Below are positions 17,649-27,411 of a DNA stretch of 55,185 bases, piece by piece; position 1 is the first letter of the stretch, and the number at the start of each line of letters is the position of its first letter. The DNA comes from a virus. Lineage: Duplodnaviria > Caudoviricetes. Made by a program: the position numbers and the translations under genes. The DNA is taken from the IMG/VR virus record IMGVR_UViG_3300031673_004168, positions 1 through 55,185 of that record. One strand, 5' to 3'. The notes beneath the pieces were generated by a model. The model ran no database searches. It saw only the letters and a program-made list of their open reading frames with translations, and was not told where the DNA came from.

Positions 17649-17962
17649 TGAAAGGCAAATTCAAACAAACAGTATTTTACGGAGCGGACAATAAAAAAAT
17701 AACACCAGAAGGTCTGGAAGAAAAAGAACTCACAGAGATAGTTGAGAACTCTTATTTCTTTGGGCAGTTTATGGCTTACTACATGGTGTTGTTATTAGTA
17801 AAAAAGATAGGCGTTGAACAGGCACTCAAGTTTGCGGATAAAAAGTTTCAGGATATAGGATTTGCGAATGAAGAATTTATAATTCAAGCCGAAAAAGCAG
17901 AAAAAAATGTGAAACAGTACTATACAGATACTATGGAAGGGAAAACATCTAAGATAAAATAA
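17648..17962 (+). CDS. Hypothetical protein
   Basis: GTG start with AGGAGG RBS, overlapping the previous stop. Confidence 0.6.
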   Translation: MKGKFKQTVFYGADNKKITPEGLEEKELTEIVENSYFFGQFMAYYMVLLLVKKIGVEQALKFADKKFQDIGFANEEFIIQAEKAEKNVKQYYTDTMEGKTSKIK

Positions 17963-17972
17963 GGGGCATTCA

Positions 17973-18266
17973 ATGGTTGATGAAAAAGGCAATAGGGTAA
18001 CAATAGAATGGTTTAGGTTAATAACACCTGTTTTGGTTACTGTTAGTATCTTTCTTTTGGGAAGTATAAATTTCAAAGTAAACAGTATTGACACAAAACT
18101 ATTCCAGCATTTGACCAACCATGAACTTCATTATCCACGTTCACTTATAGTAAGTGACGCAGTTTTTAAAGAACATAATAGAGTTAGCGAAGAACGATAT
18201 AAAAACATGGAAAAGAATTTAGACAAGTTTGAATTAAGGATTTTACGGGCGATAGAAAATAAATAG
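17973..18266 (+). CDS. Membrane protein (one TM helix plus coiled coil)
   Basis: LITPVLVTVSIFLLGSI hydrophobic stretch. Confidence 0.6.
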   Translation: MVDEKGNRVTIEWFRLITPVLVTVSIFLLGSINFKVNSIDTKLFQHLTNHELHYPRSLIVSDAVFKEHNRVSEERYKNMEKNLDKFELRILRAIENK

Positions 18267-18332
18267 CGTCCCCAGACGTGTGTCGTGCCCACACACGATA
18301 CCTTTGCGATAGCGAAAGGTTTTCTGGGGACG
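18267..18332 (+). ncRNA. Compact three-way-junction RNA element
   Basis: CGTCCCCAGA/TCTGGGGACG closing stem enclosing CGTGTGT/ACACACG and ACCTTT..AAAGGT hairpins. Confidence 0.55.
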
Positions 18333-18348
18333 GTAAATCGGGAGAGTT

Positions 18349-18795
18349 ATGGAAAACATAGAAATGCTTCAGAAAGAATTGGATTCAAAGCAAGCGGAAG
18401 AAACAAAACTGGTTAACGAAATAAAAGAATCCGAACGAACTCTATTGAACAGCAACAAATCTTTAAAAGAATATCAAAACATACAAGACAAGATAAACAA
18501 TGTAACTTTGTCGAATCAAAGAAGCAGAGAACTTTTAAAGTCCATCAAAGGCAAAATAGAAAACGTAGACAATCTGATAGGCACAGATACATTTAAAAGT
18601 TTAAACGAAAAACTTGAAGGGTTACATGCTGAATCTGGCAAGATTAAAGTGAAAATAGATGAAACCAATTATGAACTTACGATAAAATCTCAAGAACAGC
18701 GTAAAATACACGAAATGAAACGCAAGATAGAAGAACAGGAAAAGCGTAATTCTGGATTGAAAGAAAAACTCAATTCACTCAAAGCGAATAAATAA
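18349..18795 (+). CDS. Coiled-coil hypothetical protein
   Basis: GGGAGAG RBS; heptad-rich E/K/L composition. Confidence 0.7.
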   Translation: MENIEMLQKELDSKQAEETKLVNEIKESERTLLNSNKSLKEYQNIQDKINNVTLSNQRSRELLKSIKGKIENVDNLIGTDTFKSLNEKLEGLHAESGKIKVKIDETNYELTIKSQEQRKIHEMKRKIEEQEKRNSGLKEKLNSLKANK

Positions 18796-18804
18796 GGATA
18801 CAAA

Positions 18805-19125
18805 ATGTCAACAATCACACCTGATATAACAAGACTTTTATATACAATAGCTGTAGCCAGTGGTAGTGGCGGAACTGCGTTACCATCAGATATGGCAAAC
18901 GAAATATTACAGATTATAGTTGTTCCACCTTTATCTACAGACACGTATAAAGTTTACATGAGAGATACATTAGACAGTATAGAAACTTTCAGGAGAGATG
19001 ATGAAATTGTAGGAACTTTTAACGAGATATTTGCACCAGTTATACCTATATGCGGTAAATATGAATTTTATATTACAAACGCCTCAAGTGATGGCAACTA
19101 CAAATTGAGGATAATATACAGATGA
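18805..19125 (+). CDS. Hypothetical protein, possibly structural
   Basis: AAGGA RBS; lies in the structural operon. Confidence 0.6.
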   Translation: MSTITPDITRLLYTIAVASGSGGTALPSDMANEILQIIVVPPLSTDTYKVYMRDTLDSIETFRRDDEIVGTFNEIFAPVIPICGKYEFYITNASSDGNYKLRIIYR

Positions 19126-19538
19126 GCGAAGCAGGGGTAAACAAAACTTTTAATTATGAATGGGACGATACCTTAAAGAAGTGGATTAAACAAGTATCAT
19201 CTTCAACGGGTACAACTCAAGTAAACATTGAAAATGTTACTCCAGTAAATGGTAGGTTGCCGGTAGATACAGAACTTACAATATCAGGTGATGTAATAGT
19301 TGATAGAGTAAATATACAGAGTATTCCTTTAACAGAAGTATATCCAAGTGGCACATACGCACAACTTTTAACTTCTGATGATTTAGTTACTACAATCCAA
19401 TACCATGAAAGCGATGCTATTTTTGGAAGCAACTCTACGATAAGTGGAATAACGTATAGTTCTGTTACTTTAGGCACGACAGCATACGAAACTTTTGCAA
19501 GTGGTACAAATACATTGGTTATTACAAGGGGATTATAA
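19122..19538 (+). CDS. Ser/Thr-rich hypothetical protein, possibly structural
   Basis: ATGA overlap; stop directly abuts the fibre ATG. Confidence 0.6.
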   Translation: MSEAGVNKTFNYEWDDTLKKWIKQVSSSTGTTQVNIENVTPVNGRLPVDTELTISGDVIVDRVNIQSIPLTEVYPSGTYAQLLTSDDLVTTIQYHESDAIFGSNSTISGITYSSVTLGTTAYETFASGTNTLVITRGL

Positions 19539-22500
19539 ATGATTTCAGAACATCTTAAAGAACATGAAATCTTAGGTATAAAAGGAAACACCGATTCACG
19601 CTACGTCAACATCTCCGGAGATACAATGACCGGACCGCTTATTGTTCAGGGAGCTATAACTGGCACATCTCTAACAGACGGCACAGCAACACTATCTTCT
19701 GGCAACCTAACCGGCATGGGAAACATCACAGGCGATGATGTAGATTTATCACTTGGCACAGGCAATATAACCACATCAGGTTTAGCGACCGTAGACGACA
19801 TACTTCTCCCAAATGGCGGAACAGTAGGCACCGCAACCTACAAATGGCTCTTTGACGAGACTAATGGGGATATAACGGCTACCGGCAACGTCGGCATAGG
19901 GACGACGAGTCCTGAATATATACTTGATATAAATGGTGGGACTAATGACAATGATTCTACAATTAGAATAGGTAATTCTGATGATACTACGATACTTTGG
20001 ATAGCTGGAACAAGGGGGGCTTATGGATATAATAGAAGTGCTAATTTATTTACATTACAGGCAGGTGTTGGGAAAAGTTTAACTTTTAACACTGGTGCAT
20101 CTACATTTGGAAATAATGAAAGAATGAGAATAACAAGTGACGGCAACGTCGGCATAGGCGAGACAGACCCCGAAACCCTAACCGAATGGAGTTCTACAGT
20201 TCCATACCTAACGCTACACAATACCACAGAGGAGGACACAGATTACGGCAGGGAAAGCCGAATCATCGCAAAAGGCGAGCAAAGTGGGACAGAAGAAACC
20301 ACTCTCGGCTATCTTGAATTTGCCCACGACGGGACTGGAGATGACCAGAAAGGCATATTCACGCTTGCTTTGAACGACGGCACAGACGGAGACACGCCGA
20401 CAGCAGTGATGACGGTAGATAGTGCGGGCAACGTCGGCATAGGTACGACGGCGCCTGGGGCGAATTTAGAAGTGGGCGGTAGCGCAAATGAGAAGTTGAG
20501 GTTAGTTGATACAAATAGTGATGGAAATCCATTTTTAAGTTTTTACCAATCAACTGCTGAGAGGGCTAGGATACAGTATTTAGACAGTGGAGACCAAATG
20601 TATTTTTATAGTCAAAAGAAATTTTCATTTCGTCCGCAGAATGTAGAAGCAATGGTAATTGATGATGGCGGCAACGTCGGCATAGGCGATACGAGCCCAT
20701 CCACGCTAACCGAATGGAGTTCCACAGTTCCTTACTTAACTCTGCACAACACCACCGAGGAAGATACCGACTACGGCAGGGAAAGCAGAATCATCGCAAA
20801 AGGCGAGCAAAGTGGGACAGAAGAAACCACTCTCGGCTATCTTGAATTTGCCCACGACGGGACTGGAGATGATGAAAAAGGTATATTCACACTTAAACTG
20901 AACGACGGCACGGACGGAGATACACCAACAAGCGTGGTAACGGTAGACAGTGCGGGCAACGTCGGCATCGGGACGACGGGACCGGGGGCACCATTGCATA
21001 TAAATTCAACAAGCGGAGAGAGTATAGCCCTTCTCATTTTAGAATCGGATGTATCAGGGGGGGGATATAATGAAATTCAATCAAAGGTTGTCGGGGGATT
21101 AAATTTTGGCGGCATACGTTTTTATGCAGAATCAGGTGCCTATGATTCTTCTATAAGATTTGTTACTCAAACGGCTAGTGATAGCCTAACAGAACAGATG
21201 GTTATTCAACATGACGGCAACGTCGGCATAGGCGTAACCGACCCAGACACTAAACTTGAAATTCTAAACGGCGGAACTCAGGCTAAACTATCATATGACG
21301 CTACAAACTACATCACATTAGCCACTCAATCTGACGGTGATTTGACCATTGATAGTAATAAGACGAGTTATGTTTTGGATTTGGGCGATGGCACAATCGA
21401 AACTACTGGAGCTGATTGGGTAAAGGACACTCATATAGATTGGGGAACTGGAGCAAATCAAGTCAGTGCGGCAGATGTTCCGGTAACAATTCTAAGCGGG
21501 GCTACTTACGACGATATTCAGAATTTTATTGACACAACACAATCAGCAGGAATAATATCTGGCGGTGAGGTTACGGTAAATTCTCCCGAAGATGGCATGG
21601 TCGACGTAGCCGCTGGAACAGGAATGATTCGTTCAGCCGATACAACTACAAGTCCGCTTTTATTCTTCGATTGGGATGCTACGGAAAATGTGGAATTAAC
21701 CGATAATGTTTTAAATTATATCATAATGAATTATCACGCCACTACTCCATTCGTTTCAGTAATAACTTCTCTTGAGGATTATGATAAAAACACTCAAATA
21801 CCCATTGATATAGTGTTTCGTAAGGGCGATGAAGTAGAAATAGACGGAAGTGCTGGTATGTTTCTGCCTAACTATAAACAGAATATGTGGCATAGGTTGA
21901 TACATCGAGGGATAGAACAGATAAATGGTACAGCTCTTGTTGCTGAAAGCGGGACAAGGTACCTGACCATAACGGAAGGTATTTATTATTATTGGGTAGA
22001 ATCTGTTGTTGACGCAATAGACACAACGGGAGCAGGAAGATTTAAACCAGTATATCGTGACGGAGGGACGGGTTGGACTTACGGTGCCGAGGCACAACAA
22101 TTTTCCAATATTCTCTATGATGACGGAGATGGAACACCTGGCGATATTGGAGTAGCGAAATATGCCACATACTACGTTTACCAGTGTCTTGAGGGAGATA
22201 TGTATATCCAATATGGTCAAGGACAGAATAACACACTCACGATAGCACAGAATGAAGATATACCGTCACCTCCAAATTATCTCGATAAGTGGGCTACGTT
22301 AAGGGCTAAAATAATAATCCTAAATGGTGCAACAAACGCTACATCAATAAGCAACTATTCATCAACCGCATTTACTTCATACGCCGCTGGAGTGCATAGC
22401 GAATTGACTGGGTTAGCATGGACTTCTTCGGGGCATACAGGTACAGCAACAAGATTAGCAGGGTTTGAAGGTGCAGGTGCGGCATCAGAATACACTATGA

Positions 22501-23795
22501 GTGGAACTGGTACTGAAATTCCAACTACAGTCTCTCCGACATTCACGACACCTAATCTTGGAACACCATCGGCATTAGTCGGAACAAATATTTCTGGTAC
22601 TGGTGCGAACTTTACAGCAGGTACAGTATCCACAATTACAGGCTTAGCCCCCGACACACAGAACACTTACGCTCGAACACAATATTTAATACCTTACGCT
22701 TCATCAACGACAGCTTTTGGCGAGATAGCCATAGGCACTGACGGTCAAGTTTTGACTTCAGGCGGTGCGGGAGTTGCGCCTAGTTTTGAAGACGCGGCAG
22801 GTGGTTCAACTGCAACACGAGAAGAAGTCAACTCATTACTCAATGCTTACCGAATAGCGGTAAATGGGTCTTTGGTAAAGTTTAATCTTATGGACGGTAT
22901 CATGGACGAGTTTGAGGACGAAAGCGGCGTAGATACTGGCACATCTACAAACGAAGACTATGACAGTTCAAATGATTTATACAGTCCTGATGTAGTAGAG
23001 ACGAAATCTATCAGTCAAGAGACCAGCAATGACTATGTTCAACAAGGTGATGTTGGCGGGCAAGAACGTAGAAATGCACAAAGTTTTACGCTATCTGCGC
23101 AGAAAACCATTGATGCTATTGGCATAGAATTGGATGCAAATTCGGGTTCCCCGTCAGGTGATGTTACGATACGAATAGAAACTGACAGTTCTAACGTGCC
23201 ATCAGGCACTTTGGCGAATGTAAATGCCACAAAAGCAGTAACTGTCACAGCGAGTCAATGGAACAAGTTTTCCTTTGATACTCCTTTTTCGTTATCTTCC
23301 GGAACGTATTGGATAGTTTTCACTTGTGCAGACCAATCAAACAATGCTTATTGGACTTGGAAAACAAGCACATCAAGCTTATACGCTGGCGGTAACATGG
23401 CATATTCTACAGATGGCGGAAGCTCTTGGACTGCTTTAGGAACATACGACCAGACATTCCGAGTTTACACAGACGAACCCGGCAACATGACGCTTGTATC
23501 AAATTCTACCGAAGCTGAAGCGAATCCTGACACGGTGAGAATCGTAGTCTTTGAAGAAGACGTTGACGCTATTACTGAAAATACCGACTTGAAAGCCTAC
23601 GCCTCAAGGGACAACGGAGGAAATTGGGTACAGGCAACCTTAACTGACGAAGGCGATTACGAATCAGGACAAAGATTATTGACTGGTGAAGCAGATGTGT
23701 CAGGTCAGGCAAGTGATAAAACGGTTAAATGGAAAGTAGAAACCTTAAACGAAAAAGACTGTAAGATACATGGTATAGGATATTTATTAAAATAA
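19539..23795 (+). CDS. Large modular fibre/adhesin-like virion protein
   Basis: 1418 aa, Gly/Thr/Ser/Asp-rich; YVNISGDTMTG, six GNVGIG repeats, GQVLTSGGAGVAPSF fibre motif, C-terminal beta-sandwich (AQSFT...GTYWIV, choice-of-anchor-R-like by recall). Confidence 0.8.
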   Translation: MISEHLKEHEILGIKGNTDSRYVNISGDTMTGPLIVQGAITGTSLTDGTATLSSGNLTGMGNITGDDVDLSLGTGNITTSGLATVDDILLPNGGTVGTATYKWLFDETNGDITATGNVGIGTTSPEYILDINGGTNDNDSTIRIGNSDDTTILWIAGTRGAYGYNRSANLFTLQAGVGKSLTFNTGASTFGNNERMRITSDGNVGIGETDPETLTEWSSTVPYLTLHNTTEEDTDYGRESRIIAKGEQSGTEETTLGYLEFAHDGTGDDQKGIFTLALNDGTDGDTPTAVMTVDSAGNVGIGTTAPGANLEVGGSANEKLRLVDTNSDGNPFLSFYQSTAERARIQYLDSGDQMYFYSQKKFSFRPQNVEAMVIDDGGNVGIGDTSPSTLTEWSSTVPYLTLHNTTEEDTDYGRESRIIAKGEQSGTEETTLGYLEFAHDGTGDDEKGIFTLKLNDGTDGDTPTSVVTVDSAGNVGIGTTGPGAPLHINSTSGESIALLILESDVSGGGYNEIQSKVVGGLNFGGIRFYAESGAYDSSIRFVTQTASDSLTEQMVIQHDGNVGIGVTDPDTKLEILNGGTQAKLSYDATNYITLATQSDGDLTIDSNKTSYVLDLGDGTIETTGADWVKDTHIDWGTGANQVSAADVPVTILSGATYDDIQNFIDTTQSAGIISGGEVTVNSPEDGMVDVAAGTGMIRSADTTTSPLLFFDWDATENVELTDNVLNYIIMNYHATTPFVSVITSLEDYDKNTQIPIDIVFRKGDEVEIDGSAGMFLPNYKQNMWHRLIHRGIEQINGTALVAESGTRYLTITEGIYYYWVESVVDAIDTTGAGRFKPVYRDGGTGWTYGAEAQQFSNILYDDGDGTPGDIGVAKYATYYVYQCLEGDMYIQYGQGQNNTLTIAQNEDIPSPPNYLDKWATLRAKIIILNGATNATSISNYSSTAFTSYAAGVHSELTGLAWTSSGHTGTATRLAGFEGAGAASEYTMSGTGTEIPTTVSPTFTTPNLGTPSALVGTNISGTGANFTAGTVSTITGLAPDTQNTYARTQYLIPYASSTTAFGEIAIGTDGQVLTSGGAGVAPSFEDAAGGSTATREEVNSLLNAYRIAVNGSLVKFNLMDGIMDEFEDESGVDTGTSTNEDYDSSNDLYSPDVVETKSISQETSNDYVQQGDVGGQERRNAQSFTLSAQKTIDAIGIELDANSGSPSGDVTIRIETDSSNVPSGTLANVNATKAVTVTASQWNKFSFDTPFSLSSGTYWIVFTCADQSNNAYWTWKTSTSSLYAGGNMAYSTDGGSSWTALGTYDQTFRVYTDEPGNMTLVSNSTEAEANPDTVRIVVFEEDVDAITENTDLKAYASRDNGGNWVQATLTDEGDYESGQRLLTGEADVSGQASDKTVKWKVETLNEKDCKIHGIGYLLK
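19884..21232 (+). repeat. Six 17-bp GGCAACGTCGGCAT(A/C)GG repeats and one duplicated ~300-bp module
   Basis: Copies at 19884, 20142, 20427, 20670, 20955 and 21216; module 20142-20450 recurs at 20670-20978. Confidence 0.92.
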
Positions 23796-23806
23796 AGGAG
23801 AAACAC

Positions 23807-24094
23807 ATGGAAAAAACATTCGCATTAGTTCCAGACCAAAGCGACAAAACAGAACGAGATGATGTAGCAGTAAAAGTTACTGTCGAAAAAACGTTTGTTG
23901 AAGACACTATCAGGACGGCAACCGATATCAAAAATGAAAAAGCCCGACTTTTAACAAAACGTGATGTCATTGACGCAGAAATAGCAGTACTCGACGCTGA
24001 ACTGGTGTCGTATTACGTTGAGGCGGATAAATACGAAATTGTTCCGGTTGTGATACCGGAGGAAGAACCTGTCGAGGAAATTATTAAATCTTAA
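23807..24094 (+). CDS. Hypothetical protein (possible fibre chaperone)
   Basis: AAGGAG RBS; directly follows the fibre gene. Confidence 0.6.
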   Translation: MEKTFALVPDQSDKTERDDVAVKVTVEKTFVEDTIRTATDIKNEKARLLTKRDVIDAEIAVLDAELVSYYVEADKYEIVPVVIPEEEPVEEIIKS

Positions 24095-24114
24095 ATTTTA
24101 GGAGGGCATAGGGC

Positions 24115-27100
24115 ATGGCTAATAGCGAAAACACAGGCAAACCAAGAATACTCTTAATCGGAGATTCTGCATCACTCCATACTGGCATGGGAATAGCCGT
24201 CAAGGAAATAGCAACACGTCTTTATCGTATGGATAAATACGAAATAAGAACTTTCGGTTGGTTTGCACATACAGCAGAACAACGTGGCGTTAAATGGAAT
24301 TTTCCATGGCGACAATATACTACTTCAGACCATACAAGATCTTATGGACATCCTCAAGGATACCCTGCTGAACCTAATTGGGAATCGTGTCCAATGGTTA
24401 AGGTAATAGACGATTATAAGCCTGATGTTGTTATCGTTATCGGCGATTATTGGATGGCGGACTTCATTTTAGACATGCCGAACAGAAGACAAACTAAGAT
24501 AATTTGGGAATTTCCAATCGATGGAAAACCTGTCCCCAAGTCATGGATAAAGACTTTCAAAAAAGCCGACATACCGATAGTAATGTCAGAGTTTGCGGAA
24601 CAAGCAATAAAAGACGTTGATGAATATTTTAAAGTTGAACGCAACCCAAGAGGATTAGATACAAGCATATTCTTTCCACAGACATTAGACAGACCAAAAG
24701 ATTTTCTAAGAAAGAATTTCATGCCTTCCGCAATAGGCAGATTTGTAGTAGGAGTTTTTAATAGGTTTCAGGACAGAAAACAAATAGGTAGGGCAATAGA
24801 AGCATTTAGCAAATTTATTAAGAAATATAAACATGACGATTGTGATTTATATATTCATTGCGACCTTAATGATTCCGCAAGTATCCAACAAGGTAAAACT
24901 CTTATAGGCGAAGATGGACTTTTAAAACGATACGGACTTGACGGAAAGATTCTGTTTAATAAAAACATTACAGTTGAACAAGGCATTTCTGCACCAGAAC
25001 TTGCGGCGACTTATAATTGTTGTGATGTTATTTTGAATACTACACAAGGCGAGGGATGGGGTCTCTCGATTTTGGAAAGTTTAGCTTGTGGCGTTCCAAA
25101 TATAGCTACAAATTACACTACACCACATGAATTTGCAAAGTCAGGTGGCATAAAACTTATAGACGTTATCACTACAATAACTGGAATGTATAACGTGGAA
25201 AGAGCCTTAGCCGATACAGACCACGCCGCTGATTTGCTCGAAGAACTTTACAGGTCGCCATCTACAAGAAAAGATATGGGAATAAAATGTGCTGAATGGG
25301 CAAAACAGTTTAATTGGGAAAATAATATACAGAACTGGGTATCGTATATTGAGAGATGTTTAAAGGGTACGGAATATAAAGCTATTTCCAAGACCAAAGA
25401 GAGGGTACTCGACCTTGAACCTAACGTAAACATTCAAGGTGCTGTATTCGAGAACACAGGGTTTAGTATAGTTACAAAAAACCTTGCCAAAGCATTAGAT
25501 GCCGTAGGCGTAAACGTAAGCCTCGAACCAAGAGTTCCACATCTTGCCAAGTTTTTTAAAGTTGAAGACCAAATAACTGAACTCATAAGCAAAGAAAAGA
25601 ATACCGTATTTGAGTTTATAAACCATATGGGGCAAGAACAACTCGAAAGACTTCCTGCAAGTAAAGCCAAATATAAAATAGCGTATTTCCCGTGGGAACT
25701 TACAAATATCAAAAACGAATGGGTAGACGGATTAAATAAATACGCAGACGCAGTATGGTGCAATTCACAGTTTACATCTGATATTTATAAGAACGCAGGT
25801 ATACAGGAAGATAAACTATTTGTGATTCCAAATGGCAAATGTTTGCCAGAAGTTGAAAGAAACCGAGACGTAGAAGATAAAACATACAAGTTTCTATGTG
25901 TAGGAAATCTCGGGGATAAACGCAAGAACGTAGAAACTCTTATCCAATCCTACCTTAGTGAGTTTAGTAGCGATGACGATGTGGAACTTATTTTGAAATC
26001 ACAGCCAGGTCATCTTGATAGCGACCCTACAGAACTCGTTGAATTTCTATCGAGAACAAAACAAAAAGCTCCTAAAATAACAGTTATTCACGAAGATTAC
26101 ACAGATAAAGCGTTGGCACAGCTTATGGCAGATTGCGATTGTTTTGTTACAGCAAGTCATGCTGAAGGATTTTGTGCGCCGATTTTGGAGGCAACTTCAA
26201 TAGGTATGCCAGTAATAGCACCTATGTATGGCGGGTATTTAGAGTTTGCACAGAATGGTAAGTTTTTTGGCGTTGCAGTAGACATATCAGAAGCAACCAA
26301 ATCGCCAGTATATTATTACAATTCCAAATGGTCGAATGTTAAGTTTAAAGAACTAATGCGAGTTATGCGTGAAGTCTTTGTAAACAAAGTTTTACCAGAT
26401 GGTGTTAATTATGTTCCTGACCATACTTGGGAAAACACAGCTACAAAGATGAAAAACGAGCTAAAAAACGTAGCCAAACGTGCTTCACAAAAAAAGGTTA
26501 AGATATATTATCATAACTTCGCTTACAACCTTTGGAATAACGACAACAAGCTAAACTTTGTAAGGTATGCACCTTCTAACATAGAGTTCGTAGACGATTT
26601 TGAAAGTGCGGATTTGCAAATAATAGACATTACAAGACTTAGCGATAAACACAACATCAAATGTAAAAATTATATAGCTCTGATGCACTGTTTTGGCGAA
26701 TGGTCTAATGAGAATGCAATGTATTATTCAGATATTTTTGAAAATGCAGTTATGGTTTATTCCCATTTAGATTTAAAGGGCATAATGACAGGTTCGGATA
26801 AATGGACAGAGAAAGAGTTTGACAAAAAGATAAACTTTGTTCGTGGACCGTGGGGAGTTGACGAAGACTTGTTTTTTAACATGGGAAACAATCCAAAAGC
26901 ATATACTATGCTAACAACAGGTGCAGTAGCTCCTACCGAAGCCATAGCAGAATGTTTGTATTCTTGTCAAGCTGTAAAAGGCAAACTTCTTCATGTCGGT
27001 CCGAATATGTTTCCAAACGCAGAAGGATATTTGAATACACGCAACCTAACTATACGAGAAATGTGTGCTTCATATTCGTTGAGTTTTTATACGAACTCTA

Positions 27101-27411
27101 TGAGAAGGATTGAAGGATTTGAAAAAACTTTTTCGGAGGGTGTACTTTCAGGGTCTCGTCCGATATGCTTTGATACTCCACTTTATAGGCATTGGTATAA
27201 AGACATTCCTTTGTATGTAAAAGAAGGAACTCCCGATGAAGTAATAAAAGAACTTATAGATATATTCAAATCTCCATATAAACCAATAACAGAAGTAGAA
27301 AAACAATTTGTAATAGACAATTTCTCTTGGATAAAGGTATCTAAGAATTTCTGGAAAAACTTCAAGAAGATTTGGAGGTCAAAAGATGACAAATCTAATG
27401 GACTGGTCTAA
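24115..27411 (+). CDS. Multidomain GT-B glycosyltransferase (two GT4-like domains plus a third GT-like domain)
   Basis: EGWGLSILESLACGVP and EGFCAPILEATSIGMP (ExF/WG...E motifs); third domain with IEGFEKTFSEGVLSG. Confidence 0.88.
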   Translation: MANSENTGKPRILLIGDSASLHTGMGIAVKEIATRLYRMDKYEIRTFGWFAHTAEQRGVKWNFPWRQYTTSDHTRSYGHPQGYPAEPNWESCPMVKVIDDYKPDVVIVIGDYWMADFILDMPNRRQTKIIWEFPIDGKPVPKSWIKTFKKADIPIVMSEFAEQAIKDVDEYFKVERNPRGLDTSIFFPQTLDRPKDFLRKNFMPSAIGRFVVGVFNRFQDRKQIGRAIEAFSKFIKKYKHDDCDLYIHCDLNDSASIQQGKTLIGEDGLLKRYGLDGKILFNKNITVEQGISAPELAATYNCCDVILNTTQGEGWGLSILESLACGVPNIATNYTTPHEFAKSGGIKLIDVITTITGMYNVERALADTDHAADLLEELYRSPSTRKDMGIKCAEWAKQFNWENNIQNWVSYIERCLKGTEYKAISKTKERVLDLEPNVNIQGAVFENTGFSIVTKNLAKALDAVGVNVSLEPRVPHLAKFFKVEDQITELISKEKNTVFEFINHMGQEQLERLPASKAKYKIAYFPWELTNIKNEWVDGLNKYADAVWCNSQFTSDIYKNAGIQEDKLFVIPNGKCLPEVERNRDVEDKTYKFLCVGNLGDKRKNVETLIQSYLSEFSSDDDVELILKSQPGHLDSDPTELVEFLSRTKQKAPKITVIHEDYTDKALAQLMADCDCFVTASHAEGFCAPILEATSIGMPVIAPMYGGYLEFAQNGKFFGVAVDISEATKSPVYYYNSKWSNVKFKELMRVMREVFVNKVLPDGVNYVPDHTWENTATKMKNELKNVAKRASQKKVKIYYHNFAYNLWNNDNKLNFVRYAPSNIEFVDDFESADLQIIDITRLSDKHNIKCKNYIALMHCFGEWSNENAMYYSDIFENAVMVYSHLDLKGIMTGSDKWTEKEFDKKINFVRGPWGVDEDLFFNMGNNPKAYTMLTTGAVAPTEAIAECLYSCQAVKGKLLHVGPNMFPNAEGYLNTRNLTIREMCASYSLSFYTNSMRRIEGFEKTFSEGVLSGSRPICFDTPLYRHWYKDIPLYVKEGTPDEVIKELIDIFKSPYKPITEVEKQFVIDNFSWIKVSKNFWKNFKKIWRSKDDKSNGLV

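Noticed and set aside
19536-19541. Stop-codon readthrough fusing ORF 19122 to the fibre (TAA ATG in frame)
   Set aside because: TAA is rarely read through, and an AAGGGG RBS-like sequence precedes the ATG, so coupled re-initiation is sufficient.
20142-20978. Diversity-generating retroelement template/variable repeat pair
   Set aside because: Differences are mostly synonymous and not adenine-specific, both copies are in-frame in one gene, and no reverse transcriptase is present.
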